NCBI GenBank assembly: GCA_021157895.1
Contig: JAGGVQ010000007.1
Location: 1 to 56,468 of the forward strand
Source: Dehalococcoidia bacterium
Lineage (GTDB): Bacteria > Chloroflexota > Dehalococcoidia > GIF9 > AB-539-J10
Length of the DNA stretch: 56,468 nucleotides
Direction: 5' to 3'
Positions 9,570-23,577 of this stretch are shown here, piece by piece. Below the pieces are notes generated by a model. The model was not told where the DNA came from. It made no database searches and worked only from the letters and a program-made list of their open reading frames with translations. Numbering within the stretch: the first letter of the stretch is position 1; each line of letters opens with the position of its first letter. Position numbers and translations under genes: made by a program.

Positions 9570-9722
9570 TTATCCTTCGCTGCCCCTAAAAGCAGCAAGC
9601 AAGATTGACAGCATGCCAAGGAGACTCAGCACTATCACCAGATAGTTATTCCAGCATGCACAGCATGCTCCAGCGAATACTAGCAGCATGCCGCCCAGAA
9701 AGCTTTTCTCTCCTATACTCAT
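9570..9722 (-). CDS. small two-helix membrane protein (50 aa) with CCxC motif, not in the ORF track
   Basis: MSIGEKSFLGGMLLVFAGACCACWNNYLVIVLSLLGMLSILLAAFRGSEG; ATG 1 nt after the upstream stop, AAGGAG 7 nt upstream, fills the operon gap. Confidence 0.7.
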   Translation of the reverse strand: MSIGEKSFLGGMLLVFAGACCACWNNYLVIVLSLLGMLSILLAAFRGSEG

Positions 9723-9723
9723 G

Positions 9724-10191
9724 TCATCTCTCCTTAATATCAGGTATCTTGCTGATACTCATACCCGAAATTGCTGGATTTCCCCGCAGCAACATCTTTC
9801 GCATTATCATTCCCACGACCTGTATTTTATCACCGACCATTACATCTGATGGGAATGAGGTAAATATGATCACGGGGATGGTTCCTGTATTATCCCTTAT
9901 GCTTAGTAGTGGGCGATTCATCCATCTGAATGAGATCTTTTCTACAGTGCCTATTACCTTGACTGGCTCGCCTATTCTACTCATATTGATGTTCTGTATT
10001 TTTTCAAGCTTTAATCTAGCGGCATGGGCCTCGTCTATTTCAGAGGATACTTGCTGGTTTAAGCTGGAGAAAATCATTGGTATAACTAGAAGCGCCAGAA
10101 GCATAGGAATAGCCAGTGTCAAGAGGTGGTAATCCCTGGTATTTACAATAGCGATAATTGTTGCTACCACCCCGAGCCCAAAGGCTATCAT
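9724..10191 (-). CDS. membrane-anchored OB-fold protein (may start at ATT 10230)
   Basis: Two N-terminal hydrophobic helices, then V.V.GTV...L.IRDNTGTI.V.....VGDKIQVVG, an OB-fold pattern. Confidence 0.75.
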   Translation of the reverse strand: MIAFGLGVVATIIAIVNTRDYHLLTLAIPMLLALLVIPMIFSSLNQQVSSEIDEAHAARLKLEKIQNINMSRIGEPVKVIGTVEKISFRWMNRPLLSIRDNTGTIPVIIFTSFPSDVMVGDKIQVVGMIMRKMLLRGNPAISGMSISKIPDIKER

Positions 10192-10225
10192 GGCTGGCAG
10201 CGATATTCTTGGTAGTCTTATTATC

Positions 10226-11113
10226 TTAATTGCTCGATTCCTTGGGTAGTTCCTTTCTGAAGGCGTAGAAGTAAAAGACAGCTATAAAAAGAAAACCACC
10301 GATTATATTACCTATGGTAGTTGGCAGTTCATTCCAGTACCACATGTCAACCATGGTGATTCCCCCATAATGTGATAACAGTCCGCCTACCTTATCGATA
10401 ACGTCAGGGTATTTGTTTACCAGCATCATTCCTGTTGGTATGAAGTACATGTTGGCTACACAGTGCTCAAATCCTGATGAAACGAAGGCCATGATAGGGA
10501 ACCATACCCCAAAGAATTTTCCGACGACATTGTCCGCGGTAAGAGCCAGTAAGATCGCAATATTGACCAGGAAGTTACAGCCTATCGCTTTCCAGAAGCA
10601 GGACCACAGGCCCCATCCCCCGGCCATCTTATAAGTTAGTGTTTTGGCGGCGGCGATGCCGACAGCATGCTCACCAAAGGCATTAACGGCCATCCCCGTT
10701 TCAGTTGCGCTGACAAAGGGTCCAGATGCCATCAGATAGGCGTAGAAAACTGAACCAACGATGTTGCCAATATATACCCATAACCAGACTCTTAGTACTT
10801 TTGACCAAGGGGTTTTTTTCATCATGGCTGCCATGGGCACTAGCATACAATCTCCGGTAAACAGCTCAGCCCCGGTTAGTACTATAGCGATCAATCCTAC
10901 GGGGAAAACTGCTCCGGCGATCAGCTGGGAAATGCCAGGCCCCATGATGCTGGCTACACCCGTACTGCAAACAGTGGCTAAGGCTCCCCCAATAGCGATA
11001 TATGCTCCTGCGAGGAAACCTCGCAGGAGCAATTGAAATACTGGAAGATTTGATTTGTAGACCCCTGCATTTCCTGCCATGAGGGTCATTTTTGCTGGTG
11101 GATTAAAGGCCAT
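10226..11113 (-). CDS. fdhC: formate/nitrite transporter (FNT channel)
   Basis: GFLAGAYI, FPVGL, GAELFTG, AIGCNFLV, FVSSGFEHCVANM, TIGNIIGG; AAGGAG RBS; heads the fdh operon. Confidence 0.92.
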   Translation of the reverse strand: MAFNPPAKMTLMAGNAGVYKSNLPVFQLLLRGFLAGAYIAIGGALATVCSTGVASIMGPGISQLIAGAVFPVGLIAIVLTGAELFTGDCMLVPMAAMMKKTPWSKVLRVWLWVYIGNIVGSVFYAYLMASGPFVSATETGMAVNAFGEHAVGIAAAKTLTYKMAGGWGLWSCFWKAIGCNFLVNIAILLALTADNVVGKFFGVWFPIMAFVSSGFEHCVANMYFIPTGMMLVNKYPDVIDKVGGLLSHYGGITMVDMWYWNELPTTIGNIIGGFLFIAVFYFYAFRKELPKESSN

Positions 11114-11254
11114 GAGTTAAAATTCTCCTTTCTGGTGATTTAGATCGGCAGGCCCACTGAACAGCGATGGCATCAAGAGTAAAGAAGGTCGATGATTGTC
11201 TCTGTCTATCGGATGTACATTGACGACATAGCCTCAATCTTTTTGTTGCCTGAG

Positions 11255-11283
11255 ATTTTATCACAGGGTAGATTGCTATTAAA
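11255..11283 (-). promoter_or_regulatory. putative promoter of the formate operon
   Basis: TTTAAT-N17-TAAAAT with TG extension (TGA-TAAAAT), about 140 nt upstream of fdhC. Confidence 0.45.
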
Positions 11284-11374
11284 GAGGTACCTTTTCTTAA
11301 AGAGCTGGTTTTTGTTTTTTGTGCCCTGCGAATTTACGTTTACTTAGCATCTCCTTTCCTGTTTTCTGGTGTGA

Positions 11375-13468
<2,094 letters not shown>

Positions 13469-13495
13469 GTTATGTTAAAAGGCTCTTTTTACATT

Positions 13496-14017
13496 CTATT
13501 GTAAGGGAAGTTCCTCTTGGATTTCTGCGATGGTGGTCTGGAACAAGTTGGTGTAATAGCTTGGTAATTCTGGGATGTTGAAGAATCTGGCATCCTCCAC
13601 TTCATCATTTGGGATTAGCTTGTCGTCGGTTACTTTTACGAGATATTGAACAATTAACATGTCTCCATAGATTTCCTTGTCCTCTCGCCGTGCTATGCCG
13701 ATCAGCTTTACTATTTCTCCCGAGGTTCCCGTTTCTTCCTTTAGCTCTCTCAGGCAAGCTTGCTCTGAAGTCTCTCCGCTCTCGATGAAACCTGAAGGGG
13801 AGGCCCATATTCCTTTTTTGGGAGGGATGCCTCTCTTGATTAACAGTAGCTGTTTGCCTTTTACTGCGACTGCTAGAGCTACCGGCAGAGGATTCTTATA
13901 ATCGACGAAGTCGCAGTTGGAGCAGCATTTTCTTGTCTTACCATCGATGAATCCTGCATGTAGAGGAGCTCCACAGATAGGGCAATAGTTATATTCTTTC
14001 ATCCTTGGAAGGGGCAA
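13496..14017 (-). CDS. NUDIX hydrolase with N-terminal zinc ribbon
   Basis: CPICG...CSNC plus Nudix box GFIESGETSEQACLRELKEETG; start TTG 14017 or ATG 14002. Confidence 0.9.
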   Translation of the reverse strand: MPLPRMKEYNYCPICGAPLHAGFIDGKTRKCCSNCDFVDYKNPLPVALAVAVKGKQLLLIKRGIPPKKGIWASPSGFIESGETSEQACLRELKEETGTSGEIVKLIGIARREDKEIYGDMLIVQYLVKVTDDKLIPNDEVEDARFFNIPELPSYYTNLFQTTIAEIQEELPLQ

Positions 14018-14068
14018 AGTCTATACTATAGTTTAGTTTATAATATAACATAAAGTGGGGAGACGTTC

Positions 14069-14644
14069 ATGAAGTTAATTGTTGGTTTGGGAAATCGGGG
14101 GAGGATATATGCGCATAATCGTCATAATATTGGGTTTCACTGCCTGAACTATTTCGCTAGGGTTCATGATATCCATTTTGACCGGCAGCAGTGTCGGGCC
14201 AGGGTAGGATTTGATAAAACTGGTGAATTGTTGTTGGTCAAGCCCAGCACTTTTATCAACCTCAGTGGTGAATCCGTTGCTTCCCTGGCACACAGGTATC
14301 ATGTTGCTGTCGAGGATATCCTGGTAATTTGTGACGACCTGGATTTACCCCTGGGTAAAGTTCGCTTGCGCCAAAATGGTGGGTCTGGAGGCCATAAGGG
14401 GATGAGATCTATTATATCTGAACTGGGTAGTGATGAGTTCCCTCGCATCAGGGTAGGTATTGGCCGACCGGCTGATTTCACGGGTGTGTCCACCACTGAC
14501 ACCGACATGATAGTTGATTATGTGCTTGGTGATATTACTTCACAGGAAGAGGAAATACTCAAGCCGGCGATTCTTAAGGTATCTGAAGCTATCGATTGTT
14601 TTCTCCAGCAGGGGATGGAGATAGCTATGAGCAGGTTTAACTAG
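14069..14644 (+). CDS. pth: peptidyl-tRNA hydrolase
   Basis: LIVGLGN, NRHNIGF, DDLDL, GGHKG, RIRVGIGRP, DYVL. Confidence 0.96.
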   Translation: MKLIVGLGNRGRIYAHNRHNIGFHCLNYFARVHDIHFDRQQCRARVGFDKTGELLLVKPSTFINLSGESVASLAHRYHVAVEDILVICDDLDLPLGKVRLRQNGGSGGHKGMRSIISELGSDEFPRIRVGIGRPADFTGVSTTDTDMIVDYVLGDITSQEEEILKPAILKVSEAIDCFLQQGMEIAMSRFN

Positions 14645-14686
14645 AAACGAGGATTTGGCAGGCACAGGTAGTGTATACTTTGTACT

Positions 14687-17464
<2,778 letters not shown>

Positions 17465-17486
17465 TGATATATCAGGAGGTAAGTAA

Positions 17487-18506
17487 ATGACGACGATTGG
17501 TATTAATGGATTTGGCCGTATCGGAAGGTTAACCCTCAGGGCAATCAAGCAATTGCATGGTAGGGATCTGGAAGTTGTCGCGGTGAATGATCTCACAGAT
17601 GTTAAAACTAGTGCGCACCTGTTTAAATATGATAGCACCTACGGTGTTTATCCTGGCACAGTGGAAGCCAAGGGAGATGCTATTGTAGTGGATGGGAGGG
17701 CAATCAAGGTGTTAGCAGAACGTGAGCCAGAAAAATTGCCCTGGCGAAAGCTGGGTGCTGAGATAATTCTGGAATCCACGGGAATATTTACTGGAATTCC
17801 AGATGCTCTTCGTCACCTTGATGCTGGCGCCAAGAGGGTAATTTTGACTGCTCGGTACAAGGGCAGTGCGGTAAATGCGGTTATGGTTAATATGGGAGTT
17901 AACCAGGATGATTACAATCCTGACCAGCACCAGCTGATTTCTATGGCTTCCTGCACTACGAATAGTTTGACTCCGCTTATGAAGGTCTTGCTGGATAATC
18001 TTGGTATTGAAAAAGCATTGATGACCACCATTCATTCTTACACCAATGATCAGAGAATTCTGGATTTTGGCCATAAAGATTTACGCCGAGCTCGTGCTGC
18101 TGCACTGTCAATAATTCCTACCACCACTAATGCTGCAGTAGCAGTCACTGAGGTTATCCCGGCGCTCAAAGGGAAGTTTGATGGAATGTCGATGCGGGTG
18201 CCGACACCTACAGGTTCACTCTCGGATGTCACTGCTATTGTTGGGCGCGATACTACCGCCGAGGAAGTAAATAGCCTGCTGAAGAAGGCTTCAGAGAATG
18301 AGATGAAGGGGATACTGGGATATACTGAAGAGCCGCTGGTATCCCGAGACATAGTGGGAACCACATATTCAGCGATTGTCGATGCCCTGTCTACGAGGGT
18401 GATGGATGGGAACATGGTTAAGGTGTTGACCTGGTATGATAACGAGTGGGCCTATAGTGCTCGGATTGCTGATCTTGCCATCTATATTGCCAGCAAAGGC
18501 CTGTAG
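17487..18506 (+). CDS. gap: glyceraldehyde-3-phosphate dehydrogenase (type I)
   Basis: INGFGRIGR, ASCTTN, RRARAAA, WYDNEW; AGGAGG RBS. Confidence 0.97.
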   Translation: MTTIGINGFGRIGRLTLRAIKQLHGRDLEVVAVNDLTDVKTSAHLFKYDSTYGVYPGTVEAKGDAIVVDGRAIKVLAEREPEKLPWRKLGAEIILESTGIFTGIPDALRHLDAGAKRVILTARYKGSAVNAVMVNMGVNQDDYNPDQHQLISMASCTTNSLTPLMKVLLDNLGIEKALMTTIHSYTNDQRILDFGHKDLRRARAAALSIIPTTTNAAVAVTEVIPALKGKFDGMSMRVPTPTGSLSDVTAIVGRDTTAEEVNSLLKKASENEMKGILGYTEEPLVSRDIVGTTYSAIVDALSTRVMDGNMVKVLTWYDNEWAYSARIADLAIYIASKGL

Positions 18507-18563
18507 AATGTCCTGGTAGCAGTGGGTACTGTTTGGGCGGGAATGCGTTATATATTAGCCCAA

Positions 18564-18588
18564 TAAACTTTTCCTTATTCCTTTCGTT
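18564..18588 (+). promoter_or_regulatory. possible autoregulatory ECF promoter
   Basis: TAAAC-N16-CGTT upstream of the ECF sigma gene; a TATAAT also lies at 18595-18600. Confidence 0.4.
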
Positions 18589-18613
18589 TTTCACTATAAT
18601 AGACATCACGCCG

Positions 18614-19153
18614 ATGTCTAGTGAGAAAGATGTAGTCGCTCGAGCAATAAAGGGGGATGGGGAAGCTTTTACTCAGCTCTATGAGGCAAACTTCGATAGG
18701 ATATATCGCTATATTTACCTGAGAGTAGGAAATATATCTGAAGCTGAGGATTTAACCCAAGAGGTGTTTGTTAAGGCTATGGGAGCGCTTTCCTCATATC
18801 GCTGGCGGAATTTGCCCTTTATCTCCTGGCTGTTTCGCATTGCTCGCAACCAGGTTATTGATTACCTGAGGAAGAGGGATAAAGTGGTGACACAGGAACT
18901 GGATGACAATATTACTCTGCATGCAGAGTCGGGTCCTGCGGATATCACTGAACGGAAGCTTGAGATTGAGAAACTGGCGGGGTTAATCGACAAATTGTCT
19001 CCAGCGCAAAAGGAAGTGATTATCCTCCGTTTTAGCTCCGAACTCTCCATCATCGAGACAGCTACTGCCTTGGGGAAAAAACAAGGAACGATTAAGGCTT
19101 TACAGTATACAGGGATAATGGCGCTGAGGAATATGGTGTTTGAGGATAAATAG
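18614..19153 (+). CDS. ECF-family RNA polymerase sigma factor
   Basis: GDGEAF..LY, AEDLTQEVF, WLFRIARN..IDY, region 4 LSPAQKEVIILRF; start placed at ATG 18614. Confidence 0.92.
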   Translation: MSSEKDVVARAIKGDGEAFTQLYEANFDRIYRYIYLRVGNISEAEDLTQEVFVKAMGALSSYRWRNLPFISWLFRIARNQVIDYLRKRDKVVTQELDDNITLHAESGPADITERKLEIEKLAGLIDKLSPAQKEVIILRFSSELSIIETATALGKKQGTIKALQYTGIMALRNMVFEDK

Positions 19154-19156
19154 TTG

Positions 19157-19969
19157 ATGACACAGCAAATGCAGGATGTATTGGTTCGGTGTATAGAGCG
19201 GTTATCTGCCGGGGATAGAGTGGAAAATTGCCTTAGGGATTATCCGGAGCAGGCTTCTGAGTTGAAGCCGTTGTTGCAGACTACCATTGCTGTTCGACGA
19301 AGTTGCTCTGCCGTTAAACCACGGGCGGAGTATAAAGCTAAGGTTTATGACTATCTGGAACAGTTATATTGTGATAGACAAGCCAGGAAGGGAAGAGGAT
19401 GGAGCTTTTTCGCCTGGCATAGGCATTGGGCTGTGGCTATGATAGCTGTTGTGATGGTGTTATTTTCTGGCATGGGGATAGTCGTGGCATCTTCTGGGGC
19501 TTTGCCTGGTGAGTCCCTTTATACGATAAAGCTGGTCACGGAGAAAGTAAAGCTGGCGACCTCTGTATCTGATATGCATAAGGCGAAATTGCACATTCAA
19601 TTTGCCGAAAGGAGAGCAGATGAGATCGCGCGGTTGGTTCGAGAGGGCAAAACTGAATCTATACCTGCTTTGACCGATGAAATTGGGAATCAGTTGAATT
19701 GTGTAATTTTTGGGTCTCGGGCAATGAAGAATTTTCAGGCAGGAGATTCCCAATTGCCTTCTACTGAGAATTTCTGGATGGGGAGTGCGGAAGAAAGTGA
19801 AGTTACCGAGATAATAGAATTGTTACACCAAAGTCGAGAGCGAAGCCTGCATGAATTGAATGATGCCTTGTCTCAAAGTTCATTGACGGCCTTACCCAGT
19901 CTGGAACAGGCCATAAGAGATACAAGTCAGGCTTATGATGATACACTGCTCATACTGGAGGGTGACTAG
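19157..19969 (+). CDS. putative anti-sigma factor (single TM, DUF5667-like extracytoplasmic domain)
   Basis: Follows the ECF sigma; VENCL..YP...EL.PLL N-terminus, TM helix, ALPGESLYTIKL..E motif. Confidence 0.75.
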   Translation: MTQQMQDVLVRCIERLSAGDRVENCLRDYPEQASELKPLLQTTIAVRRSCSAVKPRAEYKAKVYDYLEQLYCDRQARKGRGWSFFAWHRHWAVAMIAVVMVLFSGMGIVVASSGALPGESLYTIKLVTEKVKLATSVSDMHKAKLHIQFAERRADEIARLVREGKTESIPALTDEIGNQLNCVIFGSRAMKNFQAGDSQLPSTENFWMGSAEESEVTEIIELLHQSRERSLHELNDALSQSSLTALPSLEQAIRDTSQAYDDTLLILEGD

Positions 19970-20005
19970 CCTTTTGGAGAGGTAGTAACCAGGGTATAAT
20001 AAGCG

Positions 20006-21607
20006 GTGTCTATGGAATGGGAAGTTCTTTATCGTAAGTGGCGCCCGCAAACCTTGGCTCAGGTTGTGGGACAGCATGTGGTGACTGAGACTTTGTGTCA
20101 TGCTGTTGAGAAGGGAGAAATAGGGCATGCATATCTCTTTTGCGGTCCTCGAGGTACAGGGAAAACCAGCACGGCTCGTATTTTGGCCAAGGCCGTGAAT
20201 TGCCCCCAGCAGAAGGGGGGAGAGCCGTGCAATGCTTGTGATATTTGCACCTCAATCACTGAAGGCAGGGCTTTGGACGTGATTGAGATAGATGCTGCCA
20301 GCAATCGCGGCATTGATGATATTCGTAGTCTCAGGGAGAAGGTCAATTACTCGCCGCAGCGGGCCAGGTACAAGGTATATATCATAGATGAAGTACACAT
20401 GCTTACTGAGGCAGCGGCCAATGCGTTATTGAAAACCCTGGAGGAGCCTCCAGAGCATGTTATTTTCATCTTGGCCACAACGGAGCCTCACAAAGTCATA
20501 TCCACTATCATGTCGCGATGCCAGAGATTTGATTTTCGCCGTTTACCGCAGGATACTATAGCCACCAAGTTGGAGGGGATAAGTCATAGTGAAAACATAA
20601 CTATCGCTCCTGAGTCGTTGAGACTCATTGCCCATGTAGCTGGTGGAAGTCTTCGAGACGCGGAGAACATATTACAGCAGTTAATTGCTTATCATGGGCA
20701 CGAGGTTGATGCTGGTCAAGTTGAAGAGATGCTTGGAGTTAGTGAAGATTCGAGGATCGGACCTCTAGTCGCAAGCATAGTTAATAAGGATGTTTCCACT
20801 GGTTTGAAGATTATCAATATGGTTGGCAGTGATGCTGTGAATCTGCGCCAATTTACCCAGGGATTAGTGAAGGAGCTACGCGGCTTGTTATTAGCCAAGA
20901 CTCGATGTGGTGAGATTCTGGACGTCGCAGCTGATGATCTGGCAGAGATGGAACGATTGGTGACTGGAGTCGACGTTGGTTTCTTGCTGCGAGCGGTCAA
21001 GCGCTTTGCTGATATTGATTTTCGTGGCAATGGCTATTCCACGTTGCCTTTGGAATTAGCCCTGGTGGAGTGCACGTTGTCTCCAGTTGTAGTCTATGGT
21101 GAGTCTTCGGACTCGAGTTCAGAGAAGATAGAGCAAGCGGTGAAGGGGGAAGAGAAGAAGGAGGTTGTTGTCTTATCACCAGGCTCTACCGTATCTTCTT
21201 CGCTGAGCAAGCCTCCTGTTTCCGAGGATATTTCCAGTACTGTAGGTGAAAGCGATGCTAGTGATATCGATTATTTTCATGGTCAATGGGGGAGGTTCAT
21301 CGATTCTTTGCGGGGGGAGGGCTCAGGAGGTACTCTGGATGCGTTTTTACGGAGTGCCTGCGAACCGATAGGTATTGATAATGACACTCTGGTATTGGGA
21401 TTTTATTATCCTTTTCACAAGGAAAAGATCGAGGAGCCCAAGTATAAGAGTTTGGTGGAGAAAAAAATCAAGGAGATTTTTGGCAAGCCTTATGCTGTAA
21501 AGTGTGTATTAATTGATTCTAAGAAAGACACGTCGCTGAAGCGCAGTAAAGGTAGTCCCTTAATTCAGGCGGCGCTGGAAATGGGGGGTAAAATCGAAAA
21601 TGGATAA
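20006..21607 (+). CDS. dnaX: DNA polymerase III subunit gamma/tau
   Basis: LYRKWRP, GPRGTGKT, Zn motif, IDEVHML, SRC. Confidence 0.97.
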   Translation: MSMEWEVLYRKWRPQTLAQVVGQHVVTETLCHAVEKGEIGHAYLFCGPRGTGKTSTARILAKAVNCPQQKGGEPCNACDICTSITEGRALDVIEIDAASNRGIDDIRSLREKVNYSPQRARYKVYIIDEVHMLTEAAANALLKTLEEPPEHVIFILATTEPHKVISTIMSRCQRFDFRRLPQDTIATKLEGISHSENITIAPESLRLIAHVAGGSLRDAENILQQLIAYHGHEVDAGQVEEMLGVSEDSRIGPLVASIVNKDVSTGLKIINMVGSDAVNLRQFTQGLVKELRGLLLAKTRCGEILDVAADDLAEMERLVTGVDVGFLLRAVKRFADIDFRGNGYSTLPLELALVECTLSPVVVYGESSDSSSEKIEQAVKGEEKKEVVVLSPGSTVSSSLSKPPVSEDISSTVGESDASDIDYFHGQWGRFIDSLRGEGSGGTLDAFLRSACEPIGIDNDTLVLGFYYPFHKEKIEEPKYKSLVEKKIKEIFGKPYAVKCVLIDSKKDTSLKRSKGSPLIQAALEMGGKIENG

Positions 21608-21905
21608 GTCCTTATTGCGTCAGGCGCAGCAACTTCAGGAGAAAATGGCCAGGGTTCAACAGGAACTGGGTGAAGTTACGTTGGAGGCAAGTAGTGGAGG
21701 AGGGGCAGTGAAGGTTGTTATTGATGGACATCAAAAGGTTCGCTCGGTAGAAATAGCTCCTGGAGTAATTGTCGATAATGATATTGAGTTATTGCAGGAC
21801 ATGGTGATGACTGCTATGAATGAGGCCGTTCAGAAGTCTCAGGAGCTGGCCAGTAAACGATTCAGTAGCCTGAGTGGAGGGCTTAATATACCCGGCTTGA
21901 TGTAG
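21600..21905 (+). CDS. ybaB: YbaB/EbfC nucleoid-associated protein
   Basis: QAQQLQ, SGGGAVKV, LQDMV..A.NEA, GGLNIPG; overlaps the dnaX end. Confidence 0.93.
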   Translation: MDKSLLRQAQQLQEKMARVQQELGEVTLEASSGGGAVKVVIDGHQKVRSVEIAPGVIVDNDIELLQDMVMTAMNEAVQKSQELASKRFSSLSGGLNIPGLM

Positions 21906-21984
21906 TAAAGCACATCCACTATGGTTATTGGTCTTCTCATGGGCATGTTTGTCATTGTAATAATAATGTCGTCGGCATTTCATA

Positions 21985-22013
21985 TTGACAATGCCCGTGT
22001 AACAAATTACAAT
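21985..22013 (+). promoter_or_regulatory. sigma70-type promoter of the APC transporter operon
   Basis: TTGACA-N17-TACAAT. Confidence 0.7.
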
Positions 22014-22059
22014 CCCCCGCAATTGGGAACAGCATGATAAGTTGTAAGGTGATTTAAGC

Positions 22060-23556
22060 TTGCAAGCTGACTGGCAGCCCAAGCCCGGTGACAAGTTTGT
22101 TCATCGTCCTCGAACCAAAGCCCATCCTTTGATACGAGCCTTGGGGGTTTCTGGGTTGTTTGGCGCTGGCTATGGCAATGTTGGTTCTTCCATATATTAT
22201 GCCCTGGGACTAGTGGCGTTGGTTGCTCTGGGAGCAACCCCCATTTGCCTGCTTATTGCTGGCGTATTTTTTGTATTTACGGCTCTTTCCTATGCTGAGG
22301 GTACAGCCATGCTTCCTGGAGCTGGAGGCTCGGCCAGCTTCGCTCGTCACGGATTTAATGACTTGGCTGGTTCCATTGCTGGGTGGGCGTTGGCATTTAG
22401 CTATATTGTTACCATAGCCATTTCAGCCTATGCGGTGCCTTCCTATCTGGGGTATTTCTGGGCACCACTGAAAGATTCTGCCATCCTCGGGACATCTGCT
22501 GCCATAGCGATTGTCTTTTTCTTGATGTTGCTAAATATTGTTGGTATCAAGGAGTCTTCGATCTTGAACGTTGCTTTTGCCATTCTTGATGTGTGTACGC
22601 AGGTTATCATTATCGTCTTGGCAGTAGTATTTTTATTGCAGCCGCAGCTATTGTGGCATCGCGTGATTGACTATTGGCCCTCGTGGTCCAGTTTAGTTTT
22701 CGGCATTGCCATGGCCAGTATTGCCTATACCGGGGTGGAGACAATTTCTCAGCTGTCTGAGGAAACCAAGAGGCCTGCTGTTAATGCCCCCAGGGCACTA
22801 CTTTTAATGATGGTGGTAGTGCTGGTTCTGTTTGCTGGTATATCTGTGGCGGGCTTCTCGGCGATGACTCCATCAGAGTTAGCCATGGAGTGGGCGCGGG
22901 ATCCTGTGGCAGGCATCGCCCAGCAACTATCGGTTATCTTGATTGGGGAAGGCATGGCACAGGGCTTGTTGCTTGCGCTATGCAAGTTTTTACCTGTGCT
23001 GGTCGCTATACTGGCAGCTACCATATTAGTAGTGGCTACCAATGCCGGACTTATGGGTATATCGAGATTGACATTTTCCTTGGGCAGATTTCAGTTGATT
23101 CCGCTAGCTCTATCTCGAGTACACCATAAGTTTAAAACCCCGTACCGGGCTATAATTATTTTTGCTGTTATGGCTATGGCGTTGATTAGTTCCGGTTATT
23201 TTGCTCCAGACACTTTTATCATTCTGGGGGGCCTGTATGCCTTTGGTTCTTTGTTCTCCTTTGCTCTGTCGCATGCCTCGATATTGCGATTGCGGGTGAC
23301 GCAGCCTGAGCTTCCGCGTCCCTTTAAGCTAAGGGGTAATATTAAATTGCGGGGATATTATTTACCGATAACTGCTATTTTGGGCTTGATAGCTACTGTT
23401 GCTGTTTGGTTAGTGGTTGTGGTTGTGCAATTTGATACTGTCTGGATTGGATTTGGCTGGATGGCAATAGGTATGCTTGTATATTATCTGTTTCGGCGTC
23501 ACAAAAAGCTCCCACTGGTGGGAAGAGTCCAGGAGATTAAGGCCTCCGTTGACTAG
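22060..23556 (+). CDS. APC-superfamily permease
   Basis: About 12 TM segments, GNVGSSIYY in TM1, SYAE...P.AGG, AYTGVE in TM6. Confidence 0.9.
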   Translation: MQADWQPKPGDKFVHRPRTKAHPLIRALGVSGLFGAGYGNVGSSIYYALGLVALVALGATPICLLIAGVFFVFTALSYAEGTAMLPGAGGSASFARHGFNDLAGSIAGWALAFSYIVTIAISAYAVPSYLGYFWAPLKDSAILGTSAAIAIVFFLMLLNIVGIKESSILNVAFAILDVCTQVIIIVLAVVFLLQPQLLWHRVIDYWPSWSSLVFGIAMASIAYTGVETISQLSEETKRPAVNAPRALLLMMVVVLVLFAGISVAGFSAMTPSELAMEWARDPVAGIAQQLSVILIGEGMAQGLLLALCKFLPVLVAILAATILVVATNAGLMGISRLTFSLGRFQLIPLALSRVHHKFKTPYRAIIIFAVMAMALISSGYFAPDTFIILGGLYAFGSLFSFALSHASILRLRVTQPELPRPFKLRGNIKLRGYYLPITAILGLIATVAVWLVVVVVQFDTVWIGFGWMAIGMLVYYLFRRHKKLPLVGRVQEIKASVD

Positions 23557-23577
23557 AAAAAAAAAGCGGCGTAATAT
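23549..23577 (+). promoter_or_regulatory. internal promoter with an A9 tract in its spacer
   Basis: TTGACT-N17-TAATAT; A9 at 23557-23565; ATG 9 nt after the -10. Confidence 0.5.

Noticed and set aside
9593-9691. Four CAGCATGC copies as an operator array
   Set aside because: Explained by the codons of the 50-aa ORF on the minus strand (GML, ACCAC, GML).
21461-21467. A7 run as a dnaX gamma/tau frameshift or slippage site
   Set aside because: Not the A AAA AAG heptamer, too near the C-terminus, and no stimulatory hairpin seen.
22014-22059. c-di-AMP riboswitch upstream of the APC/RCK operon
   Set aside because: The predicted leader is only about 40 nt, too short, and lacks recognisable motif elements.
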